DNA of 64,000 bases, taken from positions 185,380,001 to 185,444,000 of the forward strand of contig OZ024743.1 in the NCBI GenBank assembly GCA_964016885.1, given 5' to 3'. The position numbers and the translations under genes are program-made. Under the pieces are notes generated by a model that saw only the letters and a program-made list of their open reading frames with translations, had not been told where the DNA came from and did not search any database. Source of the DNA: Eledone cirrhosa (Eukaryota). Below are positions 48,160 to 60,200 of the stretch, piece after piece; position 1 is the first letter of the stretch, and each line of letters starts with the position of its first letter.

Positions 48160-51100
48160 TGAGTTCTGTCGATGAGGAAAAGGTGTCCTTTTACCATGCC
48201 TTGAAAGGTGTTTTAAGAAATATCCCCCACGCAGACAAAGTCATCGTGCTTGGTGACTTTAATGCTAGAGTGGGTAGGGATTTTAACACATGGAATGTAA
48301 TCGGAAGGCATGGGGTGGGAAAGTGTAACAACAATGGTATGCTCCTGCTGCAGATGTGTGAGGAGCTGGATCTGTGTGTTACCAACACCATGTTCCAACA
48401 AAAGAACAAATTCAAGACCACATGGATGCATCCTGCATCTAAGGAATGGCATCTTTTGGACTACGTCCTAGTCAGGATGCGTGACAGACAGGATGTGCAG
48501 TGTGTTCGTGTTCTTCGTGGAGCTGAGTGCTGGACGGACCACCGCCTGGTACGCGCAAAAGTGAAACTAATCACTAAACGTAAAATCCGGGCTCCTGGTG
48601 TTGCCCTGCCCAAAAGATTGAATGCTGCTCGTCTTAAGGATAAAAATGTGAAGAGGACATTGGAAGAAGAGATGCAGGCTGCAGATCTTGGTGAGGATTG
48701 GCCGACCCTTAAAAAGTCGGTTTATGATGTAGGCAGGCGTGTTCTGGGATTGGCGCAGAGGAAACATCAGGACTGGTTTAATGAGAATGATGTACATATA
48801 GAAGACTTGTTGGCTGATAAGAGGCGTGCTCTGTCACGCTACTTGACGGCAAAACCACAGGAGAGGAATACGTTGCATGAGGAACTCAGGGATGTAAAAT
48901 CACGTGTTAGGCGGAGTCTTTCTCAGATGAAGGATCAGTGGTGGAGTGAGAAGGCTGGTGAGATACAAACTGCGTCTGATTCCAATAACACAAAGCTGTT
49001 GTACAGTCTCTTGCGTGAGGTTTATGGACCGTCTTCTTCTCTGGTGACACCGCTTCGCAGCAAGGATGGCAAAGAACTTCTTCGTGACTCACAAGGAATT
49101 CTACGAAGGTGGCGAGAGCACTTTGATGATCTTTTGAATCAGCCGTCTGTCGTCAGTGAAGATTTCCTCAATCTCATTCCAGAAAGTCCTGTGAAAGTAG
49201 CTCTCGCAGAACCTCCGACGCTTGTGGAGGTTGCAGTGGCTATTTCGAAGCTGAACAGTGGAAGATCTCCAGGTATGGATGGCATACATGCTGAGCTCCT
49301 ACAATATGGTGGTGAGAGACTCCTGCAACATCTTCACTCTTTGTTTGGCAGGATATGGGCTAATGAATCCGTACCTGAGGACTGGAGAGATGCAGTAATG
49401 GTGGTCTTGTACAAGGGAAAGGGTAACAGGAACGATTGTGGGAACTACAGAGGTATATCAATGCTTTCTGTCGTAGGGAAAGTTTTATGTAGGGTGCTTC
49501 TGGACCGTCTGCTGACACACATTGCAGATTGTGTACTTCCTGAAAGTCAATCTGGTTTTCGTGCTGGACGCGGCACTACTGATATGATCTTCTCAGCTAG
49601 ACAGCTCCAGGAGAAGTGCATGGAACAAGGCTTGGATCTGTATCAGGTTTTTGTCGATCTGACAAAAGCTTTCGATACTGTTAACAGAGATGCATTATGG
49701 AAGGTTCTCCAGAAACTTGGTTGCCCTGATAAGTTCCTTGCTTTAGTTAGGTCTTTCCATGACGACATGAAGGCTTGGGTTAATGTCGGGGGTAACATGT
49801 CGGAGCCTATCTCAGTAAAAAATGGAGTGAAACAGGGGGATATTCCAGCACCGACCCTGTTTGCCATATACTTTGCAATGGTTTTCTGTATTGCATTCAG
49901 GAATTGCGAGCATGGTGTTTACATCCGATATCGAACCTCAGGCAGCATATTTAACATCAGGCGCTTTGCTGCGAAGACAAAAGTGTTTACATCAATCATA
50001 AGAGACCTCTTGTATGCAGATGATTGCGATCTTGTAGCGCACACAGAGAGTGATATGCAGCACATTTTGAATGCATTTTCTGACGCTTGCACTGCCCTAG
50101 GTCTGACTGTCAGTCTCAAGAAAACCGTCGTCATGTACCAACCTGCCCCTGGTAAGCAGTACACTGAACCAAACATCTATGTGTATGGCAAACGACTTGG
50201 AGTGGTTGATCAGTTTGTCTACCTGGGAAGCACTGTCAATCGATACAGCAACCTTGACAGTGAAATCTCACTTAGGATTAGGAAAGCAAGTGATGCTTTC
50301 GGAAAGCTAGAAAGGCGACTCTGGGGTCGGCGAGACATATGCAGGAGGACAAAGGTAAAGGTGTACAGGGCATGTGTGCTCTCTTGTCTTCTTTATGCCT
50401 GCGAGACCTGGGTCACATATCGACACCACCTTAAGCAATTGGAGCGTTTCCATCAGATGTGTCTCAGACGGATCCATGGCGTTCACTGGAGGGACCACAT
50501 CAGTGATGTCGAGATTTTGGAAAGCTCTATGTGTGACAGTATAGAAGCTCTTGTGCTTAAGCAACGACTCCGTTGGAGTGGTCACCTTGCCAGGATGAAG
50601 GATTCTAGAATACCAAAACAACTCTTTTATGGAGAGTTGGTTAAAGGAAAACGACCGCCACATAAACCAAAAAAAAGGTATAAGGATTCCTTGAAAGCCT
50701 CTCTGAAAGACGCTAACATGTCTGTTGATACATGGGAGAATATTGCTGCTGATCGTAATAAATGGAGAAAGACTGTATATGAGGGAAAAGTTGCTTTTGA
50801 GGCATCTCGAATCGTATACAAGAAAGTAAAGCGGGATGTGAGGAAGGGCATTGCTGTTGCACTTCCAGACGGCGAGGGTCCTCCTATGGTGCTGACATGC
50901 AGCGTATGTGCGAGACTCTGCCTAAGCAAAGCTGGACTCGAAAGTCATCTTCGCAGTCATAAAGTAAGACCAGTGGTTGACTACCAGGCTGCTGTTGGAG
51001 ATGCTACTCATCATGCTTGCCAAACATGTGGTAGAGAATGTAAATCAGCAGGAGGGCTCAAGCGACATGCAAAAGTACACGAACTCCAACCACAGCCGAC

Positions 51101-51194
51101 TATTCCCAGTGGATGTTTTGGATGCCGACTCTGTGCAAGACATTTTAGATCATTGGCTGGGCTAAAAAGCCACATTCGATCGCAGCGCTGTTAG
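48160..51194 (+). CDS. RTE-clade LINE ORF (partial APE + RT + three C-terminal C2H2 zinc fingers), 5'-truncated but uninterrupted
   Basis: GDFNARVG, LDYVLV, TDHRLV, YRGISMLS, FVDLTKAFD, LLYADD, RLRWSGH; fingers CSVC..GLESHLRSH, CQTC..GLKRHAKVH, CRLC..GLKSHIRSQ. The ORF-track start lies in microsatellite. Confidence 0.93.
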
Positions 51195-51297
51195 TTGTTA
51201 TCGTGTGTGTGTGTGTAGATATGCTTACGTGTGTGCGTATGTGTGTATATATATATGTATATGTATATTATTATTGTTGTTGTCGTTATTATTATTG

Positions 51298-51353
<56 letters not shown>

Positions 51354-51520
51354 GTTATTAATGTATGTGTGTGTGTATATGTGTGTGTGAGTATGTGTGT
51401 GTGTGTATATATATGTATGTATATGTATATATATATATATATATATTTCTTTTATTTATTTTTTTTAATTTTTATTTTTATTTTTTTTTATTTATTTATT
51501 TATTATTATTATTATTATTA

Positions 51521-53234
51521 TTTGCATTTATCTTGCTTTATGTTTATACGAGTTATCACCAAGTCACAACCAGTGACCTCAAGAGACAACAAGGTCCGCC
51601 ATGTTCAAGAAAGAACACACATATTCACACATGCATCCTTAGTGTTTAGACTTGTGATGTACTTATATTGACAGGATCTTCCTTAGTATATGGGCAGTTC
51701 CCATTAGTACTATCTTTTGTATTTCTCCTATACGCGGGTTTCCTGGGATTTGCGATAAGTAGTCGTTAGACCCCTTAGGTATCATTCCCAGAGCGCCTAC
51801 AACCACTGGTATTGTTTTAGTTCTCAATTTCCACATTTTTCCAATTTCTATCTCCAGGTCCTTATACTTGCTCAATTTTTCAAATGTTTTTATAGATACA
51901 TTCTTGTCTATTGGAACAGACATATCAATTAGCAGGCATACCCTCCTTTGAAAGTCCTTCAATATTATATCAGGTCTATTTGCATCTATTTTTCGGTCTG
52001 TTTGGATGCTAAAGTTCCACAAGATTGAGATGTGATCTTTTTCAAGTATGGGAGGTGGTTGATGCTCCCACCAATTCTTTTGATGGGGCAGGTCAAAATG
52101 CTTACACATTATCCAATGTATGTATTGTGCAGCTCTGTCATGCCTGTTTAGGTATTCGGTTGGAGCTATAGGACTGCACATTGAAATTATATGGTCAATG
52201 GTCTCTGGTTGTTTTTTGCATACACGGCATAATGGGCTGCACCCATTTTTTATTATGTTGGCTTGGTAATTTTTTGTTGGCAGACACTGATCTTGTGCGG
52301 ATATAATCAGTCCTTCAGTCTCCGATTTCAGTCCAGAGGATGCCAACCACTGATGGGTTAAAGTTTTGTCAACATCAGGATTGTTAGCTCGCTCTGGGTA
52401 TTTTCCATACAGAGGCTTTTCTTGCCATTTCTTAGCCAGTTTCTGTAGCAGTTCTTTCTTTGCAGTTACTTTTACCTGCTTTGCTTTTTCTGTGTTTTCC
52501 ATTTCAGCAGTAAATGGGACTTCTGAAATTTGTAGTCCATTACTGTATCTTTGTGCATCTTTTGTAATGGAATATGATCTTTTGGTGCTTTCGTGTTTCA
52601 AAACGAGTTTGATCATCCAATCATGTGATTCCCTTAGATATGTGGATAATCCAATTGTTGCAGTTTTCAACGCAATGTCTAACTGGATTAACCCACGTCC
52701 TCCTTCTTTCCTAGGGAGATATATTCTATCTATGTCTGCCTTAGGGTGATGCATTCTGTGCATGGTTAAGAATTTTCGGATTTTTGTATCGAGCCTACGG
52801 ATCTCTGTGCTTGACCAGTTGATGACATTGTAACTGTAGATTACTACTGGTATGGCAAGCGTGTTTATGGCATCGATCCTATTCCTTGCATTCAATTCCG
52901 TTCTTAAGATTGCTCTGACTCTGCGGTAACATTCCTTCCTTATCCTTTCCCTCATTGTCGAGTGCTTGATTCCGTCTCCTTCACAAACACCTAGATATTT
53001 GTAAGTTTGTTCTTGATCAAGCTCTCTTATCACGTTCCCCCGATCAAGATTAATGTCTGAACTCTTCAGCAGCTTTCCTCTGGTGAACGTTGCTTTGGCG
53101 CATTTATCCAGTCCAAACTCCATTTTAATGTCATCACTGAACTGCTTCACAGTGGATAATAGCCCTTGCAATCATCATTTTTTGCAAATAGTTTCAGGTC
53201 ATCCATGTAGAACAGGTGATTAATGGCTTTGTCA

Positions 53235-53236
<2 letters not shown>
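51521..53236 (-). mobile_element. 5'-truncated Dong/R4-clade retrotransposon inserted in (TAA)n
   Basis: HLFYMDDLKLF (frameshift ~53172), then ORF 51663-53171 with GGRGL, CRVC..HIISMC, RHD and RPDIIL..D..K..KY. (TAA)n on both flanks. Confidence 0.9.
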
Positions 53237-53295
<59 letters not shown>

Positions 53296-53309
53296 TTTTC
53301 TTTTCTTTC

Positions 53310-53352
53310 TCCTCGTGCAATGGCCATACTCGATAACGAGGGGGCAGCCATC
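53310..53352 (+). mobile_element. Tiny RTE-type 3' terminal fragment
   Basis: ggccatactcgataacgagggggcagccatc has a ctcg/cgag hairpin like RTE 3' ends and is followed by microsatellite. Confidence 0.4.
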
Positions 53353-53571
53353 ATATATGTATGTATGTATATATGTATGTGTGTATGTATGTGTGTGTGT
53401 AGCAGTGATACCAAACCATAACAAAATTTACAGCTTGAAATTCTGGTTTTTACCTAATAGTATTCTGCTTTAACCCTAATAGTATTACATCTTTCTAGGA
53501 TTTATTCTAACATATATGTATATGCACGCAAATATATATATCATTGTCATTTATACATATCTATATTATGT

Positions 53572-53747
53572 TGGTACCACAAAACATCCAGCACACACTT
53601 TAAATGTGGTTGGGGTTAGAAAGGGCATCCAACTGTTGAAACCAGCCAGAAACAGTCCTATATGAACGAGACATGGTCACCCAACCCAATTTACCACTAA
53701 ATGGGACAAACCCGTATAAGCCATGCTAGATGGAAGATAGACATTAA

Positions 53748-53821
<74 letters not shown>
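53572..53821 (+). mobile_element. RTE-derived SINE-like module with long (GAT)n tail
   Basis: gaaagggcatccaactgt core, ccatgctag..ggaag..gac.ttaaa end, and ~24 GAT units. Confidence 0.75.
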
Positions 53822-54255
53822 ACGAAACAACATGAGCCAACAATTGCTCCCTTACATGCTCTCTCAACCTACGAGAAATAATTACTAATTTTGCCTCAAA
53901 TTACACTCTACCATCTTAGAAGAGAACACACTAAAGTTGTTCTATGTTCTTTGCATGGTGATTTGTAGTTTCACTTTCATTTTCACTTTTGTAGCTTGTT
54001 AGGTTTTTTGATTGGCATGCTTATTGAAAAAATATTTTGAATGTTTATAGTAGTGCAACCTACTCGATGATGAGACAAATTTCATGTTTCCCATCTCTCT
54101 AGCTAGTATCAAAGTGAAAGTGAAGCACTAAACTCAGAGATCGTTCCCCTTGCACATGGGAAAAATGGGATGGCCATGACAGGAATTATTTTGGTCATAT
54201 GCTTGCTCAATCAAGGCTGATCTGGAGCTAATCAGCAACAACAAGAATGACTTAC

Positions 54256-57200
54256 AATGTTGGTGAGTGAGATTCTAGTATGGCATAAACGTTAACAGTG
54301 TTGGTGAGTGAGATTCTAGTATGGCATAAACGTTAACAGTGTTGGTGAGTCAGATTCTAGTATGGCATAAACGTTAACAGTGTTGGTGAGTCAGATTCTA
54401 GCATGGCATAAACGTTAACAGTGTTGTTGAGTGAGATTCTAGCATGGCATAAACGTTAACAGTGTTGTTGAGTGAGATTCTAGTATGGCATAAACGTTAA
54501 CAGTGTTGGTGAGTGAGATTCTAGTATGGCATAAACGTTAACAGTGTTGGTGAGTGAGATTCTAGTATGGCATAAACGTTAACAGTGTTGGTGAGTGAGA
54601 TTCTAGTATGGCATAAACGTTAACAGTGTTGGTGAGTGAGATTCTAGCATGGCATAAACGTTAACAGTGTTGGTGAGTCAGATTCTAGTATGGCATAAAC
54701 GTTAACAGTGTTGGTGAGTGAGATTCTAGTATGGCATAAACGTTAACAGTGTTGGTGAGTGAGATTCTAGTATGGCATAAACGTTAACAGTGTTGTTGAG
54801 TGAGATTCTAGTATGGCATAAACGTTAACAGTGTTGGTGAGTCAGATTCTAGCATGGCATAAACGTTAACAGTGTTGTTGAGTGAGATTCTAGTATGGCA
54901 TAAACGTTAACAGTGTTGGTGAGTGAGATTCTAGCATGGCATAAACGTTAACAGTGTTGGTGAGTGAGATTCTAGCATGACATAAACGTTAACAGTGTTG
55001 GTGAGTGAGATTCTAGTATGGCATAAACGTTAACAGTGTTGGTGAGTGAGATTCTAGTATGGCATAAACGTTAACAGTGTTGGTGAGTCAGATTGTAGCA
55101 TGGCATAAACGTTAACAGTGTTGGTGAGTGAGATTCTAGTATGGCATAAACGTTAACAGTGTTGGTGAGTGAGATTCTAGCATGGCATAAACGTTAACAA
55201 TGTTGTTGAGTCAGATTCTAGTATGGCATAAACGTTAACTGTGTTGGTGAGTGAGATTCTAGTATGGCATAAACGTCAACAGTGTTGGTGAGTCAGATTC
55301 TAGTATGGCATAAACGTTAACAATGTTGTTGAGTCAGATTCTAGTATGGCATAAACGTTAACTGTGTTGGTGAGTGAGATTCAAGTATGGCATAAACGTC
55401 AACAGTGTTGGTGAATCAGATTCTAGTATGGCATAAACGTTAACAGTGTTGGTGAGTCAGATTGTAGCATGGCATAAACGTTAACAGTGTTGGTGAGTGA
55501 GATTCTAGCATGACATAAACGTTAACAGTGTTGGTGAGTGAGATTCTAGTATGGCATAAACGTTAACAGTGTTGGTGAGTCAGATTCTAGCATGGCATAA
55601 ACGTTAACAGTGTTGGTGAGTAAGATTCTAGTATGGCATAAACGTTACCAGTGTTGGTGAGTGAGAATCTAGTATGGCATAAACGTTAACAGTGTTGTTG
55701 AGTGAGATTCTAGCATGGCATACACGTTAACAGTGTTGTTGAGTGACATTCTGGTATGGCATACACGTTAACAGTGTTGTTGAGTGAGATTCTAGTATGG
55801 CATAAACGTTAACAGTGTTGTTGAGTGAGATTCTAGCATGGCATACACGTTAACAGTGTTCGTGAGTGAGATTCTAGTATGGCATAAACGTTAACAGTGT
55901 TGTTGAGTGAGATTCTAGTATGGCATACACGTTAACAGTGTTCGTGAGTGAGATTCTAGTATGGCATAAACGTTAACAGTGTTGGTGAGTGAGATTCTAG
56001 TATGGCATACACGTTAACAGTGTTCGTGAGTGAGATTCTAGTATGGCATAAACGTTAACAGTGTTGGTGAGTGAGATTCTAGTATGGCATAAACGTTAAC
56101 AGTGTTCGTGAGTGAGATTCTAGTATGGCATAAACGTTAACAGTGTTGTTGAGTGAGATTCTAGCATGGCATACACGTTAACAGTGTTGGTGAGTGAGAT
56201 TCTAGCATGGCATAAACGTTAACAGTGTTGTTGAGTGAGATTCTAGTATGGAATAAACGTTAACAGTGTTGATGAGTGAGATTCTAGCATGGCATAAACG
56301 TTAACAGTGTTGGTGAGTGAGATTCTAGTATGGCATAAACGTTAACAGAGTTGGTGAGCGAGATTCTAGTATGGCATAAACGTTAACAGTGTTGTTGAGT
56401 GAGATTCTAGCATGGCATAAACGTTAACAGTGTTGTTGAGTGAGATCCTAGTATGGCATAAACGTTAACAGTGTTGTTGAGTGAGATTCTAGTATGGCAT
56501 AAACGTTAACAGTGTTGGTGAGTGAGATTCTAGTATGGCATAAACGTTAACAGTGTTGTTGAGTGAGATTCTAGTATGGCATAAACGTTAACAGTGTTGG
56601 TGAGTGAGATTCTAGTATGGCATAAACGTTAACAGTGTTGGTGAGTGAGATTCTAGTATGGCATACACATTAACAGTGTTGTTGATTGAGATTCTAGTAT
56701 GGCATACACATTAACAGTGTTGTTGAGTGAGATTCTAGTATGGCATAAACGTTAACAGTGTTGGTGAGTGAGATTCTAGCATGGCATAAACGTTAACAGT
56801 GTTGGTGAGTGAGATTCTAGTATGGCATAAACATTAACAGAGTTGGTGAGTGAGATTCTAGTATGGCATAAACGTTAACAGTGTTGTTGAGTGAGATTCT
56901 AGCATGGCATAAACGTTAACAGTGTTGTTGAGTGAGATCCTAGTATGGCATAAACGTTAACAGTGTTGTTGAGTGAGATTCTAGTATGGCATAAACGTTA
57001 ACAGTGTTGGTGAATGAGATTCTAGCATGGCATAAACGTTAACAGTGTTGGTGAGTGAGATTCTAGTATCGCATAAACGTTAACAGTGTTGGTGAGTAAG
57101 ATTCTAGTATGGCATAAACGTTAACAGTGTTGGTGAGTCAGATTCTAGCATGGCATAAACGTTAACAGTGTTGGTGAGTAAGATTCTAGTATGGCATAAA

Positions 57201-60200
57201 CGTTACCAGTGTTGGTGAGTGAGAATCTAGTATGGCATAAACGTTAACAGTGTTGTTGAGTGAGATTCTAGCATGGCATACACGTTAACAGTGTTGTTGA
57301 GTGAGATTCTAGTATGGCATAAACGTTAACAGTGTTGTTGAGTGAGATTCTAGCATGGCATACACGTTAACAGTGTTCGTGAGTGAGATTCTAGTATGGC
57401 ATAAACGTTAACAGTGTTGTTGAGTGAGATTCTAGTATGGCATAAACGTTAACAGTGTTGGTGAGTGAGATTCTAGTATCGCATAAACGTTAACAGTGTT
57501 GGTGAGTAAGATTCTAGTATGGCATAAACGTTAACAGTGTTGGTGAGTCAGATTCTAGCATGGCATAAACGTTAACAGTGTTGGTGAGTAAGATTCTAGT
57601 ATGGCATAAACGTTACCAGTGTTGGTGAGTGAGAATCTAGTATGGCATAAACGTTAACAGTGTTGTTGAGTGAGATTCTAGCATGGCATACACGTTAACA
57701 GTGTTGTTGAGTGACATTCTGGTATGGCATACACGTTAACAGTGTTGTTGAGTGAGATTCTAGTATGGCATAAACGTTAACAGTGTTGTTGAGTGAGATT
57801 CTAGCATGGCATACACGTTAACAGTGTTCGTGAGTGAGATTCTAGTATGGCATAAACGTTAACAGTGTTGTTGAGTGAGATTCTAGTATGGCATACACGT
57901 TAACAGTGTTCGTGAGTGAGATTCTAGTATGGCATAAACGTTAACAGTTTTGGTGAGTGAGATTCTAGTATGGCATACACGTTAACAGTGTTCGTGAGTG
58001 AGATTCTAGTATGGTATAAACGTTAACAGTGTTGGTGAGTGAGATTCTAGTATGGCATAAACGTTAACAGTGTTCGTGAGTGAGATTCTAGTATGGCATA
58101 AACGTTAACAGTGTTGTTGAGTGAGATTCTAGCATGGCATACACGTTAACAGTGTTGGTGAGTGAGATTCTAGCATGGCATAAACGTTAACAGTGTTGTT
58201 GAGTGAGATTCTAGTATGGAATAAACGTTAACAGTGTTGATGAGTGAGATTCTAGCATGGCATAAACGTTAACAGTGTTGGTGAGTGAGATTCTAGTATG
58301 GCATAAACGTTAACAGAGTTGGTGAGCGAGATTCTAGTATGGCATAAACGTTAACAGTGTTGTTGAGTGAGATTCTAGCATGGCATAAACGTTAACAGTG
58401 TTGTTGAGTGAGATCCTAGTATGGCATAAACGTTAACAGTGTTGTTGAGTGAGATTCTAGTATGGCATAAACGTTAACAGTGTTGGTGAGTGAGATTCTA
58501 GTATGGCATAAACGTTAACAGTGTTGGTGAGTGAGATTCTAGTATGGCATACACATTAACAGTGTTGTTGATTGAGATTCTAGTATGGCATACACATTAA
58601 CAGTGTTGTTGAGTGAGATTCTAGTATGGCATAAACGTTAACAGTGTTGGTGAGTGAGATTCTAGCATGGCATAAACGTTAACAGTGTTGGTGAGTGAGA
58701 TTCTAGTATGGCATAAACATTAACAGAGTTGGTGAGTGAGATTCTAGTATGGCATAAACGTTAACAGTGTTGTTGAGTGAGATTCTAGCATGGCATAAAC
58801 GTTAACAGTGTTGTTGAGTGAGATCCTAGTATGGCATAAACGTTAACAGTGTTGTTGAGTGAGATTCTAGTATGGCATAAACGTTAACAGTGTTCGTGAG
58901 TGAGATTCTAGTATGGCATAAACGTTAACAGTGTTGTTGAGTGAGATTCTAGTATGGCATACACGTTAACAGTGTTCGTGAGTGAGATTCTAGTATGGCA
59001 TAAACGTTAACAGTGTTGGTGAGTGAGATTCTAGTATGGCATACACGTTAACAGTGTTCGTGAGTGAGATTCTAGTATGGCATAAACGTTAACAGTGTTG
59101 GTGAGTGAGATTCTAGTATGGCATAAACGTTAACAGTGTTGATGAGTGAGATTCTAGCATGGCATAAACGTTAACAGTGTTGGTGAGTGAGATTCTAGTA
59201 TGGCATAAACGTTAACAGAGTTGGTGAGCGAGATTCTAGTATGGCATAAACGTTAACAGTGTTGTTGAGTGAGATTCTAGCATGGCATAAACGTTAACAG
59301 TGTTGTTGAGTGAGATCCTAGTATGGCATAAACGTTAACAGTGTTGTTGAGTGAGATTCTAGTATGGCATAAACGTTAACAGTGTTGGTGAGTGAGATTC
59401 TAGTATGGCATAAACGTTAACAGTGTTGTTGAGTGAGATTCTAGTATGGCATAAACGTTAACAGTGTTGGTGAGTGAGATTCTAGTATGGCATAAACGTT
59501 AACAGTGTTGGTGAGTGAGATTCTAGTATGGCATACACATTAACAGTGTTGTTGATTGAGATTCTAGTATGGCATACACATTAACAGTGTTGTTGAGTGA
59601 GATTCTAGTATGGCATAAACGTTAACAGTGTTGGTGAGTGAGATTCTAGCATGGCATAAACGTTAACAGTGTTGGTGAGTGAGATTCTAGTATGGCATAA
59701 ACATTAACAGAGTTGGTGAGTGAGATTCTAGTATGGCATAAACGTTAACAGTGTTGTTGAGTGAGATTCTAGCATGGCATAAACGTTAACAGTGTTGTTG
59801 AGTGAGATCCTAGTATGGCATAAACGTTAACAGTGTTGTTGAGTGAGATTCTAGTATGGCATAAACGTTAACAGTGTTGGTGAATGAGATTCTAGCATGG
59901 CATAAACGTTAACAGTGTTGGTGAGTGAGATTCTAGTATCGCATAAACGTTAACAGTGTTGGTGAGTAAGATTCTAGTATGGCATAAACGTTAACAGTGT
60001 TGGTGAGTCAGATTCTAGCATGGCATAAACGTTAACAGTGTTGGTGAGTAAGATTCTAGTATGGCATAAACGTTACCAGTGTTGGTGAGTGAGAATCTAG
60101 TATGGCATAAACGTTAACAGTGTTGTTGAGTGAGATTCTAGCATGGCATACACGTTAACAGTGTTGTTGAGTGACATTCTGGTATGGCATACACGTTAAC

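Noticed and set aside
47944-48175. ORFs made of MYVC/IYIY/poly-L, I or N (also 6560-6781, 45299-45496, 51205-51671, 53194-53473)
   Set aside because: These are translations of microsatellites.
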